DNA of 64,000 nucleotides from Nemertoderma westbladi (lineage: Eukaryota; Animalia; Xenacoelomorpha), in NCBI GenBank assembly GCA_032718475.1, contig JAUCBJ010007690.1, positions 4,373-68,372 of the forward strand, read 5' to 3'. The position numbers were made by a program, and so were the translations under genes. The notes beneath the pieces are model-generated. The model was not told the origin of the DNA and searched no databases. It saw only the letters and a list, made by a program, of their open reading frames with translations. Of this stretch, positions 11,427 to 26,600 are shown piece by piece; within the stretch, counting starts at the first letter, position 1, and each line of letters starts with the position of its first letter.

Positions 11427-14400
11427 CATTGCATAATTAATTCCGGTAATTATTCATTATAACATTGCATAATTAATTCAGGTATTGATTCATTATAACA
11501 TTGCATAATTAATTCAGGTATTGATTCATTATAACATTGCATAATTAATTCAGGTATTGATTCATTGTAACATTGCATAATTAATTCAGGTATTGATTCA
11601 TTATAACATTGCATAATTAATTCAGGTATTGATTCATTATAACATTGCATAATTAATTCAGGTATTGATTCATTGTAACATTGCATAATAATTAATTCAT
11701 GTGTTTATTCATTATAAAATTGCATAATTAATTCAGGTATTGATTCATTATAACATTGCATAATTAATTCCGGTAATTATTCATTATAACATTGCATAAT
11801 TAATTCAGGTATTGATTCATTATAACATTGCATAATTAATTCAGGTATTGATTCATTGTAACATTGCATAATTAATTCAGGTTTTGATTCATTATAACAT
11901 TGCATAATTAATTCAGGTATTGATTCATTGTAACATTGCATAATTAATTCAGGTATTGATTCATTATAACATTGCATAATTAATTCAGGTATTGATTCAT
12001 TGTAACATTGCATAATTAATTCAGGTTTTGATTCATTATAACATTGCATAATTAATTCAGGTATTGATTCATTGTAACATTGCATAATTAATTCTGGTAT
12101 TGATTCATTGTAACATTGCATAATTAATTCAGGTATTGATTCATTATAACATTGCATAATTAATTCAGGTATTGATTCATTGTAACATTGCATAATTAAT
12201 TCAGGTTTTGATTCATTATAACATTGCATAATTAATTCAGGTATTGATTCATTGTAACATTGCATAATTAATTCAGGTATTGATTCATTATAACATTGCA
12301 TAATTAATTCAGGTATTGATTCATTGTAACATTGCATAATTAATTCTGGTATTGATTCATTGTAACATTGTATAATAATTAATTCAGGTATTGATTCATT
12401 TATAACATTGAAAAATTAATTCTGGTATTGATTAATTGTAACATTGTATAATAATTAATTCAGGTATTGATTCATTGTAACATTGCATAATTAATTCAGG
12501 TATTGATTCATTGTAACATTGCATAATTAATTCTGGTATTGATTCATTGTAACATTGTATAATAATTAATTCTGGTATCGATTCATTATAACATTGCATA
12601 ATTAATTCAGGTATTGATTCATTGTAACATTGCATAATTAATTCTGGTATTGATTCATTATAACATTGCATAATTAATTCAGGTATTGATTCATTGTAAC
12701 ATTGCATAATTAATTCTGGTATTGATTCATTATAACATTGCATAATTAATTCTGGTATTTATTCATTATAACATTGCATAATTAATTCAGGTATTGATTC
12801 ATTATAACATTGCATAATTAATTCAGGTATTGATTCATTGTAACATTGCATAATTAATTCAGGTATTGATTCATTATAACATTGCATAATTAATTCAGGT
12901 ATTGATTCATTGTAACATTGCATAATTAATTCAGGTATTGATTCATTATAACATTGCATAATTAATTCAGGTATTGATTCATTGTAACATTGCATAATTA
13001 ATTCAGGTATTGATTCATTATAACATTGCATAATTAATTCAGGTATTGATTCATTGTAACATTGCATAATTAATTCAGGTATTGATTCATTATAACATTG
13101 CATAATTAATTCAGGTATTGATTCATTATAACATTGCATAATTAATTCCGGTAATTATTCATTATAACATTGCATAATTAATTCAGGTATTGATTCATTA
13201 TAACATTGCATAATTAATTCAGGTATTGATTCATTATAACATTGCATAATTAATTCAGGTATTGATTCATTGTAACATTGCATAATTAATTCAGGTATTG
13301 ATTCATTATAACATTGCATAATTAATTCAGGTATTGATTCATTATAACATTGCATAATTAATTCAGGTATTGATTCATTGTAACATTGCATAATAATTAA
13401 TTCATGTGTTTATTCATTATAAAATTGCATAATTAATTCAGGTATTGATTCATTATAACATTGCATAATTAATTCAGGTATTGATTCATTGTAACATTGC
13501 ATAATTAATTCAGGTATTGATTCATTATAACATTGCATAATTAATTCAGGTATTGATTCATTATAACATTGCATAATTAATTCAGGTATTGATTCATTAT
13601 AACATTGCATAATTAATTCAGGTATTGATTCATTGTAACATTGCATAATTAATTCAGGTATTGATTCATTGTAACATTGCATAATTAATTCAGGTATTGA
13701 TTCATTATAACATTGCATAATTAATTCTGGTATTGATTCATTATAACATTGCATAATTAATTCTGGTATTGATTCATTATAACATTGCATAATTAATTCA
13801 GGTATTGATTCATTGTAACATTGCATAATAATTAATTCATGTGTTTATTCATTATAAAATTGCATAATTAATTCAGGTATTGATTCATTGTAACATTGCA
13901 TAATTAATTCAGGTATTGATTCATTATAACATTGCATAATTAATTCAGGTATTGATTCATTATAACATTGCATAATTAATTCTGGTATTGATTCATTATA
14001 ACATTGCATAATTAATTCAGGTATTGATTCATTGTAACATTGCATAATAATTAATTCATGTGTTTATTCATTATAAAATTGCATAATTAATTCAGGTATT
14101 GATTCATTATAACATTGCATAATTAATTCAGGTATTGATTCATTGTAACATTGCATAATAATTAATTCATGTGTTTATTCATTATAAAATTGCATAATTA
14201 ATTCAGGTATTGATTCATTATAACATTGCATAATTAATTCAGGTTTTGATTCATTGTAACATTGTATAATAATTAATTCAGGTATTGATTCATTATAACA
14301 TTGCATAATTAATTCAGGTATTGATTCATTATAACATTGCATAATTAATTCCGGTAATTATTCATTATAACATTGCATAATTAATTCAGGTATTGATTCA

Positions 14401-17400
14401 TTATAACATTGCATAATTAATTCAGGTATTGATTCATTGTAACATTGCATAATTAATTCAGGTATTGATTCATTATAACATTGCATAATTAATTCAGGTA
14501 TTGATTCATTGTAACATTGCATAATTAATTCAGGTATTGATTCATTATAACATTGCATAATTAATTCAGGTATTGATTCATTATAACATTGCATAATTAA
14601 TTCAGGTATTGATTCATTGTAACATTGCATAATAATTAATTCATGTGTTTATTCATTATAAAATTGCATAATTAATTCAGGTATTGATTCATTATAACAT
14701 TGCATAATTAATTCAGGTATTGATTCATTGTAACATTGCATAATTAATTCAGGTATTGATTCATTATAACATTGCATAATTAATTCAGGTATTGATTCAT
14801 TATAACATTGCATAATTAATTCAGGTATTGATTTATTGTAACATTGCATAATAATTAATTCATGTGTTTATTCATTATAAAATTGCATAATTAATTCAGG
14901 TATTGATTCATTATAACATTGCATAATTAATTCAGGTATTGATTCATTGTAACATTGCATAATAATTAATTCATGTGTTTATTCATTATAAAATTGCATA
15001 ATTAATTCAGGTATTGATTCATTATAACATTGCATAATTAATTCAGGTTTTGATTCATTGTAACATTGTATAATAATTAATTCAGGTATTGATTCATTAT
15101 AACATTGCATAATTAATTCAGGTATTGATTCATTATAACATTGCATAATTAATTCCGGTAATTATTCATTATAACATTGCATAATTAATTCAGGTATTGA
15201 TTCATTGTAACATTGTATAATAATTAATTCAGGTATTGATTCATTATAACATTGCATAATTAATTCAGGTATTGATTCATTGTAACATTGCATAATTAAT
15301 TCAGGTATTGATTCATTATAACATTGCATAATTAATTCAGGTATTGATTCATTATAACATTGCATAATTAATTCAGGTATTGATTCATTGTAACATTGCA
15401 TAATTAATTCAGGTATTGATTCATTATAACATTGCATAATTAATTCAGGTATTGATTCATTTATAACATTAAAAATTAATTCAGGTATTGATTCATTGTA
15501 ACATTGCATAATAATTACTTCAGGTGTTTATTCATTATAACATTGCATAACTAATTCAGGTATTGATTCATTGTAACATTGCATAATTAATTCAGGTATT
15601 GATTCATTTATAACATTAAAAATTAATTCAGGTATTGATTCATTGTAACATTGCATAATTAATTCAGGTATTGATTCATTTATAACATTAAAAATTAATT
15701 CAGGTATTGATTCATTGTAACATTGCATAATAATTACTTCAGGTGTTTATTCATTATAACATTGCATAATTAATTCTGGTATTGATTCATTGTAACATTG
15801 TATAATAATTAATTCAGGTATTGATTCATTATAACATTGCATAATTAATTCAGGTATTGATTCATTGTAACATTGCATAATTAATTCAGGTATTGATTCA
15901 TTATAACATTGCATAATTAATTCAGGTATTGATTCATTATAACATTGCATAATTAATTCAGGTATTGATTCATTGTAACATTGCATAATTAATTCAGGTA
16001 TTGATTCATTATAACATTGCATAATTAATTCAGGTATTGATTCATTTATAACATTAAAAATTAATTCAGGTATTGATTCATTGTAACATTGCATAATAAT
16101 TACTTCAGGTGTTTATTCATTATAACATTGCATAACTAATTCAGGTATTGATTCATTGTAACATTGCATAATAATTAATTCAGGCAATAATTCAATTATA
16201 ACATTGAAAAATTAATTCTGGTTTTGATTCATTGTAACATTGCATAATAATTAATTCAGGTATTGATTCATTTATAACATTGAAAAATTAATTCTGGTAT
16301 TGATTCATTGTAACATTGCATAATAATTAATTCAGGTATTGATTCATTTATTATATTGAAAAATTATTACAGGTATTGATTCCTTGTAACAATGCATAAT
16401 AATTAATTCAGGTATTGATTCATTTATTATATTGAAAAATTATTACAGGTATTGATTCCTTGTAACAATGCATAATAATTAATTCAGGTATTGATTCATT
16501 GTAACATTGCATAATTAATTCAGGTATTGATTCATTATAACATTGCATAATTAATTCAGGTATTGATTCATTGTAACATTGCATAATTAATTCAGGTATT
16601 GATTCATTATAACATTGCATAATTAATTCAGGTATTGATTCATTATAACATTGCATAATTAATTCAGGTATTGATTCATTGTAACATTGCATAATAATTA
16701 ATTCATGTGTTTATTCATTATAAAATTGCATAATTAATTCAGGTATTGATTCATTATAACATTGCATAATTAATTCCGGTAATTATTCATTATAACATTG
16801 CATAATTAATTCAGGTATTGATTCATTATAACATTGCATAATTAATTCAGGTATTGATTCATTGTAACATTGCATAATTAATTCAGGTTTTGATTCATTA
16901 TAACATTGCATAATTAATTCAGGTATTGATTCATTGTAACATTGCATAATTAATTCAGGTATTGATTCATTATAACATTGCATAATTAATTCAGGTATTG
17001 ATTCATTGTAACATTGCATAATTAATTCAGGTTTTGATTCATTATAACATTGCATAATTAATTCAGGTATTGATTCATTGTAACATTGCATAATTAATTC
17101 TGGTATTGATTCATTGTAACATTGCATAATTAATTCAGGTATTGATTCATTATAACATTACATAATTAATTCAGGTATTGATTCATTGTAACATTGCATA
17201 ATTAATTCAGGTTTTGATTCATTATAACATTGCATAATTAATTCAGGTATTGATTCATTGTAACATTGCATAATTAATTCAGGTATTGATTCATTATAAC
17301 ATTGCATAATTAATTCAGTTATTGATTCATTGTAACATTGCATAATTAATTCTGGTATTGATTCATTGTAACATTGTATAATAATTAATTCAGGTATTGA

Positions 17401-20400
17401 TTCATTTATAACATTGAAAAATTAATTCTGGTATTGATTCATTGTAACATTGTATAATAATTAATTCAGGTATTGATTCATTGTAACATTGCATAATTAA
17501 TTCAGGTATTGATTCATTGTAACATTGCATAATTAATTCTGGTATTGATTCATTGTAACATTGTATAATAATTAATTCTGGTATTGATTCATTATAACAT
17601 TGCATAATTAATTCAGGTATTGATTCATTGTAACATTGCATAATTAATTCTGGTATTGATTCATTATAACATTGCATAATTAATTCAGGTATTGATTCAT
17701 TGTAACATTGCATAATTAATTCTGGTATTGATTCATTATAACATTGCATAATTAATTCTGGTATTTATTCATTATAACATTGCATAATTAATTCAGGTAT
17801 TGATTCATTATAACATTGCATAATTAATTCAGGTATTGATTCATTGTAACATTGCATAATTAATTCAGGTATTGATTCATTATAACATTGCATAATTAAT
17901 TCAGGTATTGATTCATTGTAACATTGCATAATTAATTCAGGTATTGATTCATTATAACATTGCATAATTAATTCAGGTATTGATTCATTGTAACATTGCA
18001 TAATTAATTCAGGTATTGATTCATTATAACATTGCATAATTAATTCAGGTATTGATTCATTGTAACATTGCATAATTAATTCAGGTATTGATTCATTATA
18101 ACATTGCATAATTAATTCAGGTATTGATTCATTATAACATTGCATAATTAATTCCGGTAATTATTCATTATAACATTGCATAATTAATTCAGGTATTGAT
18201 TCATTATAACATTGCATAATTAATTCAGGTATTGATTCATTATAACATTGCATAATTAATTCAGGTATTGATTCATTGTAACATTGCATAATTAATTCAG
18301 GTATTGATTCATTATAACATTGCATAATTAATTCAGGTATTGATTCATTATAACATTGCATAATTAATTCAGGTATTGATTCATTGTAACATTGCATAAT
18401 AATTAATTCATGTGTTTATTCATTATAAAATTGCATAATTAATTCAGGTATTGATTCATTATAACATTGCATAATTAATTCAGGTATTGATTCATTGTAA
18501 CATTGCATAATTAATTCAGGTATTGATTCATTATAACATTGCATAATTAATTCAGGTATTGATTCATTATAACATTGCATAATTAATTCAGGTATTGATT
18601 CATTATAACATTGCATAATTAATTCAGGTATTGATTCATTGTAACATTGCATAATTAATTCAGGTATTGATTCATTGTAACATTGCATAATTAATTCAGG
18701 TATTGATTCATTATAACATTGCATAATTAATTCTGGTATTGATTCATTATAACATTGCATAATTAATTCTGGTATTGATTCATTATAACATTGCATAATT
18801 AATTCAGGTATTGATTCATTGTAACATTGCATAATAATTAATTCATGTGTTTATTCATTATAAAATTGCATAATTAATTCAGGTATTGATTCATTGTAAC
18901 ATTGCATAATTAATTCAGGTATTGATTCATTATAACATTGCATAATTAATTCAGGTATTGATTCATTATAACATTGCATAATTAATTCTGGTATTGATTC
19001 ATTATAACATTGCATAATTAATTCAGGTATTGATTCATTGTAACATTGCATAATAATTAATTCATGTGTTTATTCATTATAAAATTGCATAATTAATTCA
19101 GGTATTGATTCATTATAACATTGCATAATTAATTCAGGTATTGATTCATTGTAACATTGCATAATAATTAATTCATGTGTTTATTCATTATAAAATTGCA
19201 TAATTAATTCAGGTATTGATTCATTATAACATTGCATAATTAATTCAGGTTTTGATTCATTGTAACATTGTATAATAATTAATTCAGGTATTGATTCATT
19301 ATAACATTGCATAATTAATTCAGGTATTGATTCATTATAACATTGCATAATTAATTCCGGTAATTATTCATTATAACATTGCATAATTAATTCAGGTATT
19401 GATTCATTATAACATTGCATAATTAATTCAGGTATTGATTCATTGTAACATTGCATAATTAATTCAGGTATTGATTCATTATAACATTGCATAATTAATT
19501 CAGGTATTGATTCATTGTAACATTGCATAATTAATTCAGGTATTGATTCATTATAACATTGCATAATTAATTCAGGTATTGATTCATTATAACATTGCAT
19601 AATTAATTCAGGTATTGATTCATTGTAACATTGCATAATAATTAATTCATGTGTTTATTCATTATAAAATTGCATAATTAATTCAGGTATTGATTCATTA
19701 TAACATTGCATAATTAATTCAGGTATTGATTCATTGTAACATTGCATAATTAATTCAGGTATTGATTCATTATAACATTGCATAATTAATTCAGGTATTG
19801 ATTCATTATAACATTGCATAATTAATTCAGGTATTGATTTATTGTAACATTGCATAATAATTAATTCATGTGTTTATTCATTATAAAATTGCATAATTAA
19901 TTCAGGTATTGATTCATTATAACATTGCATAATTAATTCAGGTATTGATTCATTGTAACATTGCATAATAATTAATTCATGTGTTTATTCATTATAAAAT
20001 TGCATAATTAATTCAGGTATTGATTCATTATAACATTGCATAATTAATTCAGGTTTTGATTCATTGTAACATTGTATAATAATTAATTCAGGTATTGATT
20101 CATTATAACATTGCATAATTAATTCAGGTATTGATTCATTATAACATTGCATAATTAATTCCGGTAATTATTCATTATAACATTGCATAATTAATTCAGG
20201 TATTGATTCATTGTAACATTGTATAATAATTAATTCAGGTATTGATTCATTATAACATTGCATAATTAATTCAGGTATTGATTCATTGTAACATTGCATA
20301 ATTAATTCAGGTATTGATTCATTATAACATTGCATAATTAATTCAGGTATTGATTCATTATAACATTGCATAATTAATTCAGGTATTGATTCATTGTAAC

Positions 20401-22894
20401 ATTGCATAATTAATTCAGGTATTGATTCATTATAACATTGCATAATTAATTCAGGTATTGATTCATTTATAACATTAAAAATTAATTCAGGTATTGATTC
20501 ATTGTAACATTGCATAATAATTACTTCAGGTGTTTATTCATTATAACATTGCATAACTAATTCAGGTATTGATTCATTGTAACATTGCATAATTAATTCA
20601 GGTATTGATTCATTTATAACATTAAAAATTAATTCAGGTATTGATTCATTGTAACATTGCATAATTAATTCAGGTATTGATTCATTTATAACATTAAAAA
20701 TTAATTCAGGTATTGATTCATTGTAACATTGCATAATAATTACTTCAGGTGTTTATTCATTATAACATTGCATAATTAATTCTGGTATTGATTCATTGTA
20801 ACATTGTATAATAATTAATTCAGGTATTGATTCATTATAACATTGCATAATTAATTCAGGTATTGATTCATTGTAACATTGCATAATTAATTCAGGTATT
20901 GATTCATTATAACATTGCATAATTAATTCAGGTATTGATTCATTATAACATTGCATAATTAATTCAGGTATTGATTCATTGTAACATTGCATAATTAATT
21001 CAGGTATTGATTCATTATAACATTGCATAATTAATTCAGGTATTGATTCATTTATAACATTAAAAATTAATTCAGGTATTGATTCATTGTAACATTGCAT
21101 AATAATTACTTCAGGTGTTTATTCATTATAACATTGCATAACTAATTCAGGTATTGATTCATTGTAACATTGCATAATAATTAATTCAGGCAATAATTCA
21201 ATTATAACATTGAAAAATTAATTCTGGTTTTGATTCATTGTAACATTGCATAATAATTAATTCAGGTATTGATTCATTTATAACATTGAAAAATTAATTC
21301 TGGTATTGATTCATTGTAACATTGCATAATAATTAATTCAGGTATTGATTCATTTATTATATTGAAAAATTATTACAGGTATTGATTCCTTGTAACAATG
21401 CATAATAATTAATTCAGGTATTGATTCATTTATTATATTGAAAAATTATTACAGGTATTGATTCCTTGTAACAATGCATAATAATTAATTCAGGTATTGA
21501 TTCATTGTAACAATGCATAATAATTAATTCAGGTATTGATTCATTGTAACAATGCATAATAATTAATTCAGGTATTGATTCATTGTAACATTGCATAATA
21601 ATTAATTCAGGCAATAATTCAATTATAACATTGAAAAATTAATTCTGTTTTTGATTCATTGTAACATTGCATAATAATTATTTCAGGTATTGATTCATTT
21701 ATAACATTGAAAAATTAATTCTGGTATTGATTCATTGTAACATTGCATAATAATTAATTCAGGTATTGATTCATTTATTATATTGAAAAATTATTACAGG
21801 TATTGATATCTTGTAACAATGCATAATAATTAATTCAGGTATTGATTCATTTATAACATTGAAAAATTAATTCAGGTATTGATTCCTTGTCATTGCATAA
21901 TTAATTCTGGTAATTATTCATTGTAACATTGTATAATAATTAATTCAGGTATTGATTCATTTATAACATTGAAAAATTAATTCTGGTATTGATTCATTGT
22001 AACATTGCATAATAATTAATTCAGGTATTGTTTCATATATAAGATTGAAAAATTAATTCAGATATTGATTCATTGTAAAATTGCATAATAATTAATTCAG
22101 GTGTTTATTCATTATAACATTGCATAATTAATTCAGGTATTGATTCATTATAACATTGCATAATTAATTCAGGTATTGATTCATTGTAACATTGCATAAT
22201 TAATTCTGGTATTGATTCATTATAACATTGCACAATTAATTCAGGTTTTGATTCATTGTAACATTGCATAATTAATTCTGGTATTGATTCATTATTACAT
22301 TGCATAATAATTAATTCTGGTATTGATTCATTGTAACATTGCATAATTAATTCAGATATTGATTCATTATAACATTGCATAATTAATTCAGGTATTGATT
22401 CATTGTAACATTGCATAATTAATTCAGGTATTGATTCATTATAACATTGCATAATTAATTCAGGTATTTATTCATTTATAACATTGTATAATTAATTCTG
22501 GTATTGATTCATTTATAACATTGCATAATTAATTCCGGCAATTATTCATTATAACATTGCATAATTAATTCTGGTATTGATTAATTGTAATATTGGATAA
22601 TTAATTCAGGTATTGATTCATTTATAACATTAAAAATTAATTCAGGTATTGATTCATTGTAACATTGCATAATAATTACTTCAGGTGTTTATTCATTATA
22701 ACATTGCATAACTAATTCAGGTATTGATTCATTGTAACATTGCATAATAATTAATTCAGGCAATAATTCAATTATAACATTGAAAAATTAATTCTGGTTT
22801 TGATTCATTGTAACATTGCATAATAATTAATTCAGGTATTGATTCATTTATAACATTGAAAAATTAATTCTGGTATTGATTCATTGTAACATTG
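11427..22894. repeat. 36-bp satellite, middle segment
   Basis: Same monomer. Diagnostic variants are CATGTGTTTATTCATTATAAAATT, CATTTATAACATTAAAAATT and TTACTTCAGGTGTTT. More diverged monomers lie at ~16100-16500 and ~21100-22100. Confidence 0.99.
11500..21511. repeat. Tandem higher-order duplication, period 5006 bp (boundaries approximate)
   Basis: Stop-delimited ORF boundaries repeat at a constant offset of 5006 (11777/16783, 12759/17765, 13155/18161, 13410/18416, 14358/19364, 15747/20753, 16420/21426). Confidence 0.9.
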
Positions 22895-23452
22895 GTCTTC
22901 GGGGACTTAATCGCGTCCGCGTTCGGGGGCTCGTGCGTCCAGCGTGAGGTTACGCTGGCGTCCGGCTACCTGGACAGACAGGGCCGCGAGGTGGGTGGAG
23001 TAAGGGCGGACCTTCTGGCGAGGGGAGTCTGGGCCGAACAGAGGGTGGCGTCATTTGACATTGCGGTTGTAAACGCTGACGCCCCCTCTTATGTTAACCG
23101 GTCCCTAGACTCCGTTCTCCAGCAGAGGGTCCGCGCCAAGAAGGTACACTATGCCGCAGTGTGCGAGGACCGTCGGATCTCCTTCACCCCCCTAGTCGGA
23201 ACCACCGACGGGGTGTGGTGCAAGGAGGCCGATATCCTAATCAGCCACCTCGCGGAGACCCTGGTGGCCCGGCAGCGTGGGATGCGCGAGCGAGGCCTAG
23301 CCTGTGTGCTGGGCGGAGTGCGGAGGCGCCTATTGTTTGCGCTGCTGCGCTCAAACTCCCTGTGCCTGCGTGGCGGTAGGCGGCCATGGAGGGCGCTCGG
23401 GTTTGGGGACGGTGCCGGTCTGCGGGGGTTTGACCTCCAAGACCGGTACTGA
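22895..23452 (+). pseudogene. C-terminal restriction-like endonuclease (PD..D/ExK-type) fragment of the non-LTR ORF; no native start
   Basis: RADLLARGVW...FDIAVVNADAPSY...KKVHY...C...FTPLVGTTDG...LCLRGGR is the RxD...D...KKxxY...FTPLV pattern of CRE-type RLE domains. The annotated TTG start comes from satellite sequence. Confidence 0.85.
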
Positions 23453-23619
23453 ATCCAAGTTTTAGACTTGTGTTTGGTGGAGGGATGTAAAAAATTCTTA
23501 CTAAATTTAATTTTGGTGGTGGTGGAAATTAAAATTAAAAATTGTATTTGACTTTTTATTAATTATAATTATTGCTATAATTAAATTATTGGTATTAATA
23601 AATTTCACTTAGAATAATA
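22895..23619 (+). mobile_element. 5'-truncated non-LTR retrotransposon with restriction-like endonuclease (CRE-clade-like)
   Basis: GC-rich island in the satellite with an AT-rich 3' UTR ending AATAATA. The 15-16-bp TSD is ATTCATTGTAACATTG (22879-22894, 23620-23635). An empty-site paralogue lies at ~21291-21380. Confidence 0.88.
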
Positions 23620-26600
23620 ATTCATTGTAACATTGCATAATAATTAATTCAGGTATTGATTCATTTATTATATTGAAAAATTATTACAGGTATTGATTCC
23701 TTGTAACAATGCATAATAATTAATTCAGGTATTGATTCATTGTAACAATGCATAATAATTAATTCAGGTATTGATTCATTGTAACAATGCATAATCAATT
23801 AATTCAGGTATTGATTCATTGTAACATTGCATAATAATTAATTCAGGCAATAATTCAATTATAACATTGAAAAATTAATTCTGGTTTTGATTCATTGTAA
23901 CATTGCATAATAATTAATTCAGGTATTGATTCATTTATAACATTGAAAAATTAATTCTGGTATTGATTCATTGTAACATTGCATAATAATTAATTCAGGT
24001 ATTGATTCATTTATTATATTGAAAAATTATTACAGGTATTGATTCCTTGTAACAATGCATAATAATTAATTCAGGTATTGATTCATTTATAACATTGAAA
24101 AATTAATTCAGGTATTGATTCCTTGTCATTGCATAATTAATTCTGGTAATTATTCATTGTAACATTGTATAATAATTAATTCAGGCATTGATTCATTTAT
24201 AACATTGAAAAATTAATTCTGGTATTGATTCATTGTAACATTGCATAATAATTAATTCAGGTATTGTTTCATATATAAGATTGAAAAATTAATTCAGATA
24301 TTGATTCATTGTAACATTGCATAATAATTAATTCAGGTGTTTATTCATTATAACATTGCATAATTAATTCAGGTATTGATTCATTATAACATTGCATAAT
24401 TAATTCAGGTATTGATTCATTGTAACATTGCATAATTAATTCTGGTATTGATTCATTATAACATTGCATATGCATAATTAATTCAGGTATTGATTCATTA
24501 TAACATTGCATATGCATAATTAATTCAGGTATTAATTCATTGTAACATTGCATAATTAATTCAGGTATTGATTCATTGTAACATTGCATAATTAATTCTG
24601 GTATTGATTCATTGTAACATTGTATAATAATTAATTCAGGTATTGATTCATTTATAACATTGAAAAATTAATTCTGGTATTGATTCATTGTAACATTGCA
24701 TAATTAATTCTGGTATTGATTCATTATAACATTGCATAATTAATTCTGGTATTGATTCATTGTAACATTGCATAATTAATTCAGGTATTGATTCATTATA
24801 ACATTGCATAATTAATTCAGGTATTGATTCATTGTAACATTGCATAATTAATTCAGGTATTGATTCATTGTAACATTGCATAATTAATTCAGGTATTGAT
24901 TCATTGTAACATTGCATAATTAATTCTGGTATTGATTCATTGTAACATTGTATAATAATTAATTCAGGTATTGATTCATTTATAACATTGAAAAATTAAT
25001 TCTGGTATTGATTCATTGTAACATTGCATAATTAATTCAGGTATTGATTCATTGTAACATTGCATAATTAATTCAGGTATTGATTCATTGTAACATTGCA
25101 TAATTAATTCTGGTATTGATTCATTGTAACATTGTATAATAATTAATTCAGGTATTGATTCATTTATAACATTGAAAAATTAATTCTGGTATTGATTCAT
25201 TGTAACATTGTATAATAATTAATTCAGGTATTGATTCATTGTAACATTGCATAATTAATTCAGGTATTGATTTATTGTAACATTGCATAATTAATTCTGG
25301 TATTGATTCATTGTAACATTGTATAATAATTAATTCAGGTATTGATTCATTTATAACATTGAAAAATTAATTCTGGTATTGATTCATTTATAACATTGAA
25401 AAATTAATTCTGGTATTGATTCATTGTAACATTGCATAATTAATTCTGGTATTGATTCATTATAACATTGCATAATTAATTCTGGTATTGATTCATTGTA
25501 ACATTGTATAATAATTAATTCTGGTATTGATTCATTGTAACATTGTATAATAATTAATTCTGGTATTGATTCATTATAACATTGCATAATTAATTCTGGT
25601 ATTGACTCATTGTAACATTGTATAATAATTAATTCAGGTATTGATTCATTATAACATTGCATATGCATAATTAATTCAGGTATTGATTCATTTATAACAT
25701 TGAAAAATTAATTCTGGTATTGATTCATTTATAACATTGAAAAATTAATTCTGGTATTGATTCATTGTAACATTGCATAATTAATTCAGGTATTGATTTA
25801 TTATAACATTGCATAATTAATTCAGGTATTGATTCATTGTAACATTGCATAATTAATTCAGGTATTGATTCATTATAACATTGCATATGCATAATTAATT
25901 CAGGTATTGATTTATTATAACATTGCATAATTAATTCAGGTCTTGATTCTTTATAACATTGCATAATTAATTCAGGTATTGATTCATTGTAACATTGCAT
26001 AATTAATTCAGGTATTGATTCATTATAACATTGCATATGCATAATTAATTCAGATATTGATTCATTATAACATTGCATAATTAATTCAGGTATTGATTCA
26101 TTATAACATTGCATAATTAATTCAGGTATTGATTCATTATAACATTGCATAATTAATTCAGGTATTGATTCATTGTAACATTGCATAATAATTAATTCTG
26201 GTATTGATTCATTATAACATTGAAAAATTAATTCTGGTATTGATTCATTATAACATTGCATATGCATAATTAATTCAGGTATTGATTCATTATAACATTG
26301 CATAATTAATTCAGGTTTTGATTCATTATAACATTGCATAATTAATTCCTGTATTGATTCATTGTAACATTGCATAATTAATTCTGGTATTGATTCATTA
26401 TAACATTGCATATGCATAATTAATTCAGGTATTGATTCATTATAACATTGCATAATAATTAATTCAGGCATTGATTCAATATGACATTGTATAATTAATT
26501 CTGGTATTGATTCATTATAACATTGCATAATTAATTCTGGTATTGATTCATTGTAACATTGTATAATAATTAATTCAGGTATTGATTCATTATAACATTG

